Of a stretch of 64,000 nucleotides of DNA, positions 37,772 through 50,460 are shown piece after piece. The DNA is from Acanthaster planci (Eukaryota), in assembly GCF_001949145.1 (NCBI RefSeq), contig NW_019091361.1, positions 2,052,919-2,116,918 of the forward strand. Reading direction: 5' to 3'. The translations under genes and the position numbers were made by a program. The first letter of the stretch is position 1, and each line of letters opens with the position of its first letter. The notes beneath the pieces were generated by a model that was given only the letters and a program-made list of their open reading frames with translations, did not search any database and was not told where the DNA came from.

Positions 37772-38900
37772 GGAGCCGATATACAAATTCTACCCAATGA
37801 GGGCTTGAAGATATGACAATGCATTTTGAAGTCATTAGCGCCCTCCAAGGGTGCAAGGCACAAGGCTATGAGCCAGGGCGTGATGTTCAAACGACATCTA
37901 ACATCTTGTTTCTCTAACAGAGAAATGTGGTGGTTTTGAGCATCAAGGTCGGAGAGCTCGGGTATAGAGGAACAGTTTTTTTTTTACTTGGTGGTTACTA
38001 GACCAATTTTCGAAAATGGCTTTCATTTGTTAAATATTATTGGCAGTTACCGTATCCAGGTTCTTACTTCAAAATTTTTATGTACACATAACCATTTGTT
38101 GTGCCTTAGAAATGATTTCTCAACCGGTAACATGTTGTAGATTTAACCATGACATCTTGTTAAAGTCGGTTCGTCGCGAAGTTGCCCTCACTTGTGCTCA
38201 CGCTGGGTGTCTTCATACAGCCACTCAAAAGTCCCATTTTCTCGAAAAGCTTGGAACGTCGCCACTTATCTGGTCAAACTGCAAGTTATATTGACTGCTT
38301 GATCGGGTCTTGCTGGTGCTCCAACATAATACACAACTAGATGTTATTATGCAGCGAATACTAACGGTAATTCCAAACTTTGGGGTGCTTCTAAAAGGAA
38401 GTCAACATACAAGACATGGTGACTTTTAAACTGTACAACCTATATTTAAAGCACACGGATTCCAAACGTGATCCATCTCCGGACAGACGAGATACCGTCA
38501 TACATTGAACATATTCAATGCGTATCACTAAAACACCTGTCCCTGGCTATCCCACTCAGCACGCTTCTAATCCCCACGTGCCTGTACTGAACAAGGCAGG
38601 TTTTCCGATGTCATTTGAAAGTCAGGAAATCAAAAATAGTATGCTGAGTAAAACCTGCTGAATTCCATACACTTGTCGGAGTTGACGGCCAGTGTCAAGT
38701 GCTTGATGACTGGATGCACGAGCAAAGTACCCTGTCGCCAAGTACTGTTTCGGCCGACAGTTTCATTTAACAGGCAAGTTTTGTAAGCTGGTTACAAAGT
38801 AGCACAACATGTGCAACATCACAAGTTGAACATATCGAAAAATGACATGGAGTAATACCTCGGTGATAAATAACTGAAATTTTATCTCTTGGTTTTCCAG

Positions 38901-38998
38901 TCTGAGGGGACAGCAGTTTGACCCGGTGCGAACATCAACAGCCGATCCTCCTGAACTTATTACAGCTTGCACGGAAAGGTTTCCGAGGTGAAAGCAAG
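38901..38998 (+). other. Candidate non-coding internal exon (98 nt)
   Basis: Acceptor tttatctcttggttttcCAG at 38900 and donor AAG|GTAAGA at 38999; TGA stops in all three frames. Confidence 0.45.
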
Positions 38999-41313
38999 GT
39001 AAGAATCAAGCGGGAAACCACAATCTAAGCCGTGAGTGAGAGTTGAACTATAGGCCTAGAGGGTTTGCATGGCTGCCATATTGCAGGCAAGTGATTTGTT
39101 CCACAGGGTATGAAGAAAGAGGTTTCCCTGTGGAACAAAACAACTGCCCTTCAATATGGCTACCACGCAAAGCCTCCATTGTAACTGGTGGTGTTTACTG
39201 TCTTATATTTGAGTGTTTACTGCAGGAAAAATCGATAAGCAAAACACTTGTGTTTTGTCTCACCTGTCACAGCATCGTTGTCTCTTCATTTTGCAATTTA
39301 TTTTCCTCAGCTGTCAGTACAGTTTATAGGACAATGAACTAACGGCTCCCACATTTAGAACAGCCCCGCCTCAAGCAACAGTAGTTCTACGGAATTGTTC
39401 CCACGAGTTCATGTCATAAATTAAAGAAACATTGCCCGGATTTGCGCTTAATTCAAACGATTTGGCAAGTCGCATAGTAGTTGCTATTTCTTATAGTTCA
39501 CGTTTTGATTGGTCAATCACCCCTCCAGACGCCACCATAAAGTAAAAAAGAATCGGGCAACGCTCTGACCGCCTCCAGGGCGTACCACGGCACCGCCCCA
39601 CAAACAAAAGGCTGGGTCAACTTGTAACTGTTCGCATCGACACCAGCCGTGAACTCGGAGTGGCGACGGTGTTTGTTACCTTGCGGCATTAGAAATATAA
39701 TTACTGAATAATTACACGAATTACATCCAAGATGTAAAAACACAAACAATGCTCCTGGCGAACGGCTGGTTTTTCTCACCGCTGCGAAGTGAATTATTCC
39801 CGGAGGTCAAAGAAAGGTGTCGACTTTATAACATCGCGTTTAGTTTCTGTTCATTTTCGTTCAGAACACCAAATTAGATTGGAAATTAACAAAGTAATTC
39901 AGCTGTTTAATGGTAACCAAATTGACGGAATAACTGGAACTTTTTAAAGGGAAAGCAGGGAATGTTAAGGGAAGGAATTAATGGAACAGACACAAAAACA
40001 GGATCGAAATAGGAGCTAGGCAACTCCATTTTGCGCGGGAACAATATCAGCATGTTAGAAGTTCCGGAAAGGACAGGCCTAATAAACTGTCCTTTATGCA
40101 AAGAGAGCAACTAGTTTGAGCATTTCGAAAATCGAAGGAAAAGTCACACAAAACATTTAAACTTCCCTTTCGCTGAAAAAGTTGTTCAAGTTTGTGACAC
40201 AAAGCACAGTAGGCCTAATTATTATGAGAGTGAACTTGTGTGGGAATATATTTTGTTTTTCTGCTCAAAGTGGAGATTACATCGTTACCTTCCACCGTTT
40301 TTCTGTAGCTGTTTGTATGTTGAGCTGTGATGTGGTAAAGTACCCGGGTGGACTTTCGCCTCGAAAATATCATAAAACATGCATCCGACGAAATCTGAAA
40401 CAATAACAGCAAACTAAGGCTCCCCCGGGCCCATAAACATCCCACGGACCCGTCAGGATCACTTTGGAAACCCTGAAAAGCAGTAAATTTTCCGAGTGGC
40501 CACGTGACCTCCGGTGGGGATGATTAACCTTGTCGCTGAGGGGCTTGAAACGACGAGTTCACCAGAGATGCAAAGAAAGGAACGAGAGGAATGGGCCTGG
40601 CGCAGCAAACATCACGGCTGTCCCAGCTGCCAGCCCCTCTCACGCCGAGCTATTCAAATTGGTCGGACTTGGTAGCCCGTAAGAAATTCGTAATTTAGGA
40701 GGTGGGCGCGAGCCAAGCCCTTGGCGAAGAAATGCCGGACATGTGTAAAAGGGAGAAAATGGCGACTGACTTACAGCCTTTGTGATTGAGCTTGATTAAC
40801 TTAAAGGTTAACGAAGTGAACTGTTCAAGATATATCACAGCATGATAAAAAAAACAGCGATAGACGTGCGTACGTGAACATGTGAACAATTTCCCTCTCC
40901 CCATTACCTGAAGACAGATTAATACTAAAAATCTGAAGTTCCCCTTTGACGTTAAAGATGTGGCTAACCTATAAAATGTTTCTCTTATGTTGTTAAACTG
41001 TACTCTCTAATTTCAAGGGGAAACTGTTGTTGCCTCTAAAAAGTGATTTTTCACTTAATCCTGGAGAAAAATAAGGGACAAGACGATTACAGAGCAGTTA
41101 ATTCAATGGATAAACTTCTGCCTCTTTCAATTCTAAGTTACTCATGTAGCTAGCCTACTTTTATTTTGTTTCATGCCCTTCAAATCGCCTGGTTCAACAG
41201 TGTCCGTATATAGCATATACAGTGAAATGAACTCCTGAAGCAAAAAAGCAGCCAAAATGAACACATCTATCAAATAATAAGACTAGAACAGGACATTTGT
41301 CACAATCTGCCTC

Positions 41314-41499
41314 GAGCAGAAGCATCACCTCATCGGTTGAAAAGAGCCACGTTGGTAGGGAGTGTTTATTTTATTGGTAACGATGCGAATGTAACGCGTG
41401 CATTTCATTGTCGTTTGTGAACCAGCGAAGTTCGGTTCCGACCAAAGGAGACTTCGTTGCTAAGGAAAATAAATTTCGCGCCCTCTCTTGGTCCAGCTC
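41314..41499 (+). repeat. Dispersed direct repeat, copy 2 of 2
   Basis: GAGCAGAAGCATCACCTCATCGGTTGAAAAGAGCCACGTTGGTAGGGAGTGTT... is collinear with 37609-37771, with a ~20-nt insertion. Confidence 0.85.
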
Positions 41500-42844
41500 A
41501 GGGCTCATGTGCCGTTGATAAGGTAGCATAAGTGACATTAGAAAGCTGTTTACAATATTTCAAATGTAGTCCTAAAGCTGAAAATGCCAAAATCACGTTG
41601 TAAATTTGAATATTGTAATTTTAAAGATGATCGTAGCTTCATGTGTTCCTTGAACACAAGAAACTATGATCTTGTTCAGTGAAGGTGTCATTTTCAGGGC
41701 GGCGGTGATTTTGATTTATCATATTACATCTTCAAACCTGGGACCGTAATCTGTCCGAAAACTGGAATGGCCTTCAAGGTCACTACAAAATCGGAGCTTC
41801 CTGTGGACTTTGCAAACGCTGAACTGAACACATTTACGAAAATAGGCTCAATATAAGCCTTTTTATGTCTTCTCTTTAAAAAATGGTTTGTACAATTTTG
41901 TACAAGCCTGAATGCTACGTTATATCACGATCCTAGATTTCACGTAGGATGTTACTGTTATTTTTTAATCTATGCCAAGTTTTAAATTACAAAATGCGGC
42001 TCAAGTTATCCCTTCGACAGTTGACGAAAGTCACCGAGTCGTCATTTTTTGGTATGATTTCTTTTTAACATTCGCAGAGCAACCCACTTCTTCTGGTGTT
42101 GTCAGGCCTCGTAAATTTATAGTGATCCCCGTGTCATTAGTTTACACTGTTTGTTTTGACAATTTGCCATTTTACTTTCCACTAATGGCATACGCACCAC
42201 GCGGCCTCTAAGTTTCTCCTTTTGAAGATGTTTTTACGTTGTTTTGATAAGACCACAGCCATTCCGTCACGTTCATGGGACATGCAGTGAGCGGTGCCGA
42301 AGCTAAATTGAATCGGACAACACACGGAAAACCAGGCTTGTAACAACAGGTGTAAATAGGCCAGCTGGAGGCTCAATATTCCGGGTCAGGAATTAATTTC
42401 GATTTCTCACCTCCCCGTATGAGGGCGTTTTAGCACCGGATGATTGACACCCATTTATGCGGTGTAGCGTCCATTTCCTCTTATGTCGAACTGCTCGCTA
42501 CACAGTGCCCGGAATTTTGGTGTGTTTTTTTCAACAATGTCCTTGTTTTGAAGCTTACATTTGTCGTTTTAGTGCAGCTTTATCAAGGGCATGTTGATTT
42601 TTTCGCGGCCACTTTTCGCATGGGTGCTAATCGGAAACTCGCCGGAATTTCGTCCGGCTGAGTAGGTTTGTGAAACCCGAGAGAAATATTAGCTATTCAT
42701 GGGAGGATACAATGCTTGCTTGCGTGAATTAAGTGTTACAAAATGGCCCAGACACCAGTTGTGTCCAGACGCTTGCCAACCGCATAAATCAGTGCCCACT
42801 CTGCTGCGCTTTGCTGTGGCAGGTCGAACATGTTAGGACCTCCT

Positions 42845-42847
<3 letters not shown>

Positions 42848-42890
<43 letters not shown>
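42848..42890. repeat. (GA)~21 microsatellite
   Basis: Perfect GA dinucleotide run. Confidence 0.98.
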
Positions 42891-42893
<3 letters not shown>

Positions 42894-45679
42894 CTAGTGA
42901 AATCATTCTTTCGCGAGCCCAATGAAGCTTGCTGTTTGTGCTTCATGTTCGAGAACGGATGGCTGCTGGTTAAAGAAACATGATACAATTAGGGAAAGGG
43001 ATGGCGAACCTCCAGTCGATCATCTAGCCGTTTTGCCTCGGTAAACCGATTTATGCATCATTTTGTCACCATGAAGACGGTCAGGGCCTTGACATTTTGA
43101 TATCCTTAGTTCAGCATTCTCTCTCCAGCATTTTAAAGATTTCTGTCTCAAAGATGAACTTTGCACTATCGAGTTTAAAGTATGTGTCAGGGGAAGAAAA
43201 GTGTGATAATTCGGTACATCGGGGTGTAGCCCCTCATAAGACAAGTTTGATCTATTTCACATCAATATACCATACCTTTGCAGAGCATGACCCAATTCCA
43301 ATCGAATTCAAATTCAAAATTTTCATTTGGAGGGAGTGAACGGTCACTCGAACGGAGTGCATTTTCACTCTTTTGGATTTCGAGAGCACACGGTCCATTC
43401 GCACTTTCATTCGCATAGTCACGTGATCAAACTTCACTGAAAATATTTTCGGCCAACATTAGCTACACTAAAAGATAGGATCATTCAAGTAATAATCCTA
43501 CTTTCAATGAATCTATAACTACCCCAACTAAATGGTCATGTCTCCTTCATGCTAAAATGGCAACTCTCACCATGCTATGTGTACATACAATGTGGGAGGT
43601 CCATGCAAAGTCTACAGAGGGCCGAATAACCACCTCCTATTTTCATATTCAGTTGTGAACAAGACGGCAACCACTGCTTTCACTTGTTAGAAACAGCTTG
43701 AGAACCGGGCAAGGTTAATCTACCAGTTACCTCCTTATATCCACAGGGGGTCTGATAATACCTCTCTTTCCCCTGGGTGGCAGGCCTGTAGACCGAGTAT
43801 AAAGTTGCTAGTCGGCTGTCAGGAGCGCCGGTACCCCAGGAAGTAATTGGGATTCTGATATGACTGTCTAATAATAGTTCCCAATTATTTCCAATTGCCC
43901 GTCCCATCGGACAGGCAGATAAAAGCACAGGGTTATGGCTCGTCAATCCGGGAGCCCGCAGTTTCCAGCCAGAGTACATGTACTTGTTTGGACAATACCA
44001 TGCTTTACTGTGTTGAAGGTTATACTAGTCCTTGCCATGCATTTCCAGCATGGACTCGCAAGACAGGTGTGCGGCTTAACACTGCCCTTAATTTCCTACC
44101 TCCATGGCCCTACTCACAGTTAAAAAGTCCCTAACCTATGTCTTTTCCTGGGTAGGAACAAATGCAAGAGTTACTAAAACAGAATGGTAACCTTCCTTGA
44201 CTGTATTTTTAACAAGACATTGGATCATTTCAGTTTATAGTATTGCATTAAAATTACATTTACCCAAAAAAGTAAAAGGTATTTGGACTCATTCATGAAT
44301 TTGCCCGGGACTTTGTTATCCTATTGCATTCTCTGTGTCTACCTGTCATACGATCACCATTTACACTTGTCATTAAAATGCCGTATACCAAATAGAGATA
44401 GTGTGTTAGTCGGTTATAGGATCGGATAGGAACGATGACAACTTGTTAATTAGTGTCCTGGCGCAATAGGGATATCTGTACAGAGATCGATAGGCGCCAT
44501 CGTTATAAACATTCCTTTCCCAAAGCGAGGAATTCCTGTAGTTAAAATACATGTACGGGGTACTTTCAAATCAGGAAGCGAGAGACGCAAATGCAAGCTG
44601 CATGGTTCGGATTCCCGCCAAATGATATCAACATCTCCAAATACGCAGACGGCGTATTTACCGCGCCTTGCATGCAGGGCATTTGCAATGATTTATACTT
44701 TGTTACATTCTGCAGCAATTATGAACAAGTACTCGTGGGTATATTGTGCAAGTCATGGATCACATTTCAAACATTCCTGCATTTAAATTACGGCAAGATA
44801 CATTACTCTCGTTACCCTTTCTGCCTTTATTTTCTCAAAGATGTACGACATCTTCCTGCCGAAAAACATGACCAGAGGCATACTAAAGTCAAAACGGAAT
44901 TCCCCGAAACATTTGACGTTAACGTGTGAAAGGAAAGGCTTGCACGTTCGTACACGCATCTTAAGACGTATTTTGGGCAGTTCTTCAGACTGAAATGTTT
45001 CTTAAATTATGTAACATGGTCACTTAGGAGAAAAGGAACAATGAAAAATCGCAATACAAACAAGGACTGTATCAGAAGAGTTATACCAGAATTTTGCTTT
45101 TACAATCGGAAGCGATGACTTACAGAGCTTACTGCTGTATACTGTATTTTCTGTCAGGCCCTTTCCTTCAATTGGAAAGCAGTTTACAAGTCAGGGTTAG
45201 AGCCCTTATCTCCAAACCTCTTGAAACATGCACTTATGGTACTCCAAGGGGATAATGGCTAGCCTGTCATCTGCCTGAGGTGCTATTTTTTCGTGCTCGG
45301 GTGACAGAGACCACGCTTGCAGGGGCCTGACCCCATCGTCCGGTCGGGAAACCAGTTGACTCCTCGACAACGGAGTTATCTACATTGATTCTACCAAGTG
45401 CCCAAGCGTTTTGTTGGGCGTAATCGTATTCACGTCAGCTGAAGATAAGTGATGAAAGGTCTCCGGGGAGGCAGAACCGCGGCCTTATAAGAAGCAGAAG
45501 TGCTTGGTGGCGACAGATAGTTAGTGCAGTGGGTCAGTGGCCGCTAGTGTACCACTTTTTATACCACAAAAAGATTCGCTCTGAATTCCGGAGGAATTTT
45601 GATGCATTGGTAATCGATACTTTTGGAGAACTCAGCATACTATAGTACCATAAGGGATAAGTTGTTTTTTCATCTCCAG

Positions 45680-45732
45680 ATATGCTGTTTGAAAGTGGTT
45701 CCGTGCACAACGGAGATTCTAACAGATATGAG
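45680..45732 (+). other. Candidate small exon (53 nt)
   Basis: Acceptor gttttttcatctcCAG at 45679, donor GAG|GTAACA at 45733; contains an ATG open to the donor (MLFESGSVHNGDSNRYE). Confidence 0.25.
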
Positions 45733-48700
45733 GTAACAAATACTTAATATTAAAAAAAAAAGTTTCAAAGTACCGCGAAGGATATCATGTTGTGTTTGAT
45801 AGGGAGGGGGTGACACGTGGACGCTTGATTACTAGGGCGGTCACCGTAAAAATCAATCCTGATTTAAGGACCGCCATTCTGTCTCGCATCTTTTTTCTTT
45901 TTTCTGCACTAGGCGTCGTGTGGCAACCCATGCCAGTCTGTGAATTATTTTGTCTACGAGTGTTGTCACGATCTCCAGTCGAGTTGCACATATTTGGTAA
46001 ACTTTCTCAAGTGCCTATCACCGAGGATGACAAACCTTTCACATAACAGCATTGTACTGTGAAGAGAAACGTTCCACGATTGTCTTTAAAAAGAGTAATT
46101 GGATCCAGCTATCCGAGGAGCAGGAAAGGCGTTTCAATCCCCGCCAGAATAGAGGACAATGAACCTTTTCTCGAAAAGATAATGGGCAAAGAGGTGAAAA
46201 ACCTGTCGCATCTCGTGTGCAACTTCAAAAATAGGTGTCTTGGAAGATCCACCGCTGATTCCATTGATAGAGGCTAGGCGGCTTTCATCATATCTGGACT
46301 GCGATTGTGCCCCGGATGCTGGGGATTTGTCAGTGTTTTCATTGAGGCAAGTGTTCTTAATTACTCGGCAGACTTATTTTTGGCGCGACATCCCAGGCGC
46401 ATGTACCGGACGGAACAGCACGATCCAAGTCCCGCCTAGAAAAGTATCGCGACAAAATGTTGCAGCTTATATGTTGTCTGAAAACTGCGTGTGAAACTTG
46501 TAGATTTCTATCAGTTGCGGAAGCTGCTAACGTGAACCTGCCCGAAACAGCAGCTTCCCTAAATGCTTTTCCTTTTTATCTTTTTCCCCATTTACCGGAG
46601 AGGGGTTGGAATCAAACACCCTAAAATCCTGTATTTCCTTACGGGAGATTTTAAGAGTAAAAAAAAACAAGTATAAGAGATATGTCGTGAAACATGGACA
46701 TTAACATGCATCTACACTTCCGAAGTTTGTATCTTTAAGTAAATATCTTTGCTGCCGTTTCGGTGCGGGGGGTTGCTGGAACATTTGAAGTAGTCCACAT
46801 TGCACCAAGATGACGAGGCTCAGAAATTTCTACTGAGGCAAATAGTATTTTGACATGGCCATTCTAGCTTGGTTGTGTCGGAGGATAATATGCCTAATGT
46901 TCACACAAAATGGATTTGTGCGAACACTTCATGCACTGCAGTGTAACGTGCCTTTTAAGTGACCATTTGCGACGGGAAATTCCATGGCGGCGTCATTTTC
47001 TAAAAAAGACAACAAACTAAGACTGACGAAGAGAGGTAACAAAAGCAGTGTTTCTCATAAGGTGTAATGATGGCATTCAGGCTCTCTGGTGACAACTCTT
47101 TTTTTCAGACCAGAGGTAATTGGTCGTTCTTACAACCTGTGGCTAGACATAATGGGCTTTGTACATTGTGCTTGAAGGAAGCAGTTGGTCACAATGTTTA
47201 TGGTGGCCCAGAAAAGGCACAAATTTTAGTTATTTTTTTGTATCTTTAGACATACAGAATATCAAGTAAAACAATCAGCAATGCAATCGGGGCTGTCACG
47301 GAATGAACAAGTGTCATAAAAATGATAGGTTCATCCAAATCCCCGATCACGGACAAAATATGAAATTTTCCCCCTTTGATATAGGATACCTCTTTCCCAA
47401 GTGTTTTCATCATGATTTTATGTAGGCTCTTTTTTACTACACGTTCAATTTTTCTCAATTTTCGCAAACCGACAACCGTCTTTTGAAAGCCACCGTTTTC
47501 CAACCTAAAAATCGGGTCCACGGAACTTCCGCAAGCCCCTCTAAAGGCTGATCGTCGTGGTCAAAGAAAGGGATAGTTCTTCAAATCGGAGCGTTGGTGT
47601 TCTTCAAACTGACCAGTGGATATAATCCAGACGTGAGAAATAAATCGGCCATTGAGTTGAAACTCTCCAGTCAGATACCTTTCAGTGTTCCTTCACTGAA
47701 GACTGAACCTACGACACGACTAGTTTGGAATGGACACGCTAAAACCAGTCGCGTTTCGCAGTGTATTATTTGAAATGCAGCATAAGTTGGAATTTATCAG
47801 AACTGTTTTTGTTTGTTTTTTCAAGATATTAATATTAATTCAAAAGCACATATAAATCTCTCTTGTTATATTATTCATGACTCATGTCGTTCAGGGTGGG
47901 GCTAAACGGCTGGCCTCACCCAAGGGTCAGTGATGCCACCACAAGTCCTCAGGGATGCGGGTTAGCTATTTAATATGTCTTTCCTCTTCAGTCAAGGAGA
48001 CCAGGAAACCATCCATAATGCAACTCTGTACGCGTTCATGACTGAATCGAATATGACAGTGAAGTGTTGTACCTGAAGCCTTTTAACGGGTCCTATCAGG
48101 AGAGTATTTTAGGTCTTTCATTTTCATCCGGGTCAAATGTCACAGAGACAAGTTGTGTACGGGACCTGATATGCGCATTTTACCGCTGAAGTGTGAGGCA
48201 ACTACCTACATGGGTCATAGGCCTATGTTGTCTCCGGCAAGATGACAGCTCCTCCAGACATTTGTATGAGATGACTGACAGATTCTGAAGGTAATCCACG
48301 GCTTTTACTAGTATCAACAGTGGCTGGGGTTATCTCCTCACCACAGATAATAGAACCATCCTCAGGTAAACATCATCTTTGGTGCTGGCTGTGCCAGATA
48401 TTCCCTCTTTGGTCGGATTAGGTTCATCCTAAAAGTACCGGCTCCTCTCGCCATTTAGCGAACAATCAAATATCGATTCTGGCTGATAAAGGCCCGCTGG
48501 AAAAGGTGTGAAGTGTAATTTTCGTGGGGTCCGCACCGATCGAAGTGACAACAGCTGCGACCGACGTGATCAAGATAGATTTGACCATCGACAGAGGAAG
48601 CCGGAAGAGCTCTTGTGAATCTACGTACGCCACCCCGTCGGCTTCGGAAAGAACGGGTATGACTTAAACATTAATTTATTTCTATACACAAACCCACCCA

Positions 48701-50420
48701 GAAGTCGGGAAGTCATTTGTTATGAGGTCAGAAAGCTATAAATCCGCTGGTGATGGAAGCTGATCCGGAAGGGTCTGTGTGTCGGGAAAACTCGAGAATT
48801 GCATGAATAACGATGTTGAGAATATCTCGAGCGAAACATTACGTTTGGCTGTCATTATTTTGAGAACGAAATTCTCAAAAATCTGAAACTAAACAAAACC
48901 ACAATCAGAGATTTGTTACATGAGATCTGTTTAATTATATCTCGAAAACATTTCAATGATGTAGTAGTATTTGATGCAATGGGTGATCAGTGTCATTTTC
49001 CAGCCGTTTTCTCTTCCTGTTTTCTGTCGTCAATTGCTCGTGACTGGTTTTAAGCTTGAACAGTTTGTTCTTTGTATTAAGTTAAATGGTTTTTGCCCAA
49101 CAAGTCTGATATGTACCCGGTGTTCGTCAATTATCAACTAGCTTTAGGTTTGGGCAGGAATGTTTGCGAAATTTCGGCAAATATAAACAATAATAGGCTC
49201 TGCTGTATCGACTTTTCCTTCGAAAACACTGTTTGGCATTTTTTAAAACCTAATTTAATACAGGTTGCATTTCACGGTTTTTCAATGGTTCCATGCCATG
49301 TGATTGTGGATTTAGGATCATAGCTATAAATTCTTTACAAATGCCGTTATTTGTTCAAGATGCCTCCGATTTGGTACTTCCGTCACGGGTTGTCTTGCAA
49401 TTTGTATAATTTATAGGGACCAATAAAATTAAGTGACATTTACTGTTGACGCAAATTGAATGTGATGTTTTGCATTTAGCAGGGCGCGTATATATTCAAG
49501 ATGAAGCCTTGCTGTGGCCTAGATGCACGTATTATACCAAGCCTTTTGGGAAAAGGTCCATTTAAGTTCTTTATCAATCAGACTCAGTCCAGACAAACGG
49601 AATAGACGTTGAGAGACAAGTTTTTATTGGGGTATTCATTTTCCTAACAGTATAAATTACAGTTGATACAATTACCGATGATGTTGTTTTACCTTCTCTT
49701 TTACTGACAATATCCCAAATCTCCTGCAAGTCTAAATTTAAACGCAAGTTTTATTACGGGTGTAGGTCGTCGCACTGACCCGTGGGTTGCACTCAAGATC
49801 GGTACAGATTTTTACAGCTGTCATTTAAAGACGCAATGCCAGTCCGTATTGCCTCTGGGATGAGATCCTCCCAAAGTGCAACTAAATCCCACAATGTTGA
49901 CAACAGATACAAGGTGAAATCCAGAAACTGTCATACGTTTGCCGCGATGTAAACCTGCTTGAGAGACTGGGACAACACAGAAGCCATTTGAAAGTGAGTT
50001 GCGTTAAATGCAAAGGTATAATGAGAACTTTCTCAACTGCTTTTGAAAGATCGTTTAATTTGAAATTTAATCTAAGAGATCAATGAATATAAATTAAAAG
50101 TTGTAAATTAAAAAGAGGTATCTGCAAACGAATCTACAGGTCGCGTTAGAAAACCTAATTAGAGCGCTTCTATATACTTCTCCAATTCAACGTGAAGGTG
50201 TATGCCATCATTCTTTGTTGGTCGATTTTGTTAAACTGTCGATCAGTCTTTGGTAATTGCCAGTTTGATGGTTGGTGTGCCAATGTATTTCCTTCCTACA
50301 GTAAGGTTGAGAAGGCACTCCATGCTCTCTTGATGCTCTAGTACTTGCTATGGTTGAGCAACTAGATTTTCACAGATTGGGTGTTTGTAGATCATGATTA
50401 ATTTTCAAGATGTACTTTGC

Positions 50421-50460
50421 AGGAGGTCGTGGGTTTGAGTCCCACCCGAGTAAGCTTGTG
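50421..50460 (+). repeat. tRNA-derived SINE head fragment
   Basis: AGGTCGTGGGTTTGAGTCCCACC resembles a tRNA T-arm/B-box (stem GTGGG/CCCAC); no full cloverleaf. Confidence 0.5.

Noticed and set aside
50421..50460. Functional tRNA gene
   Set aside because: Only a T-arm-like fragment; no acceptor stem, D-arm or anticodon arm.
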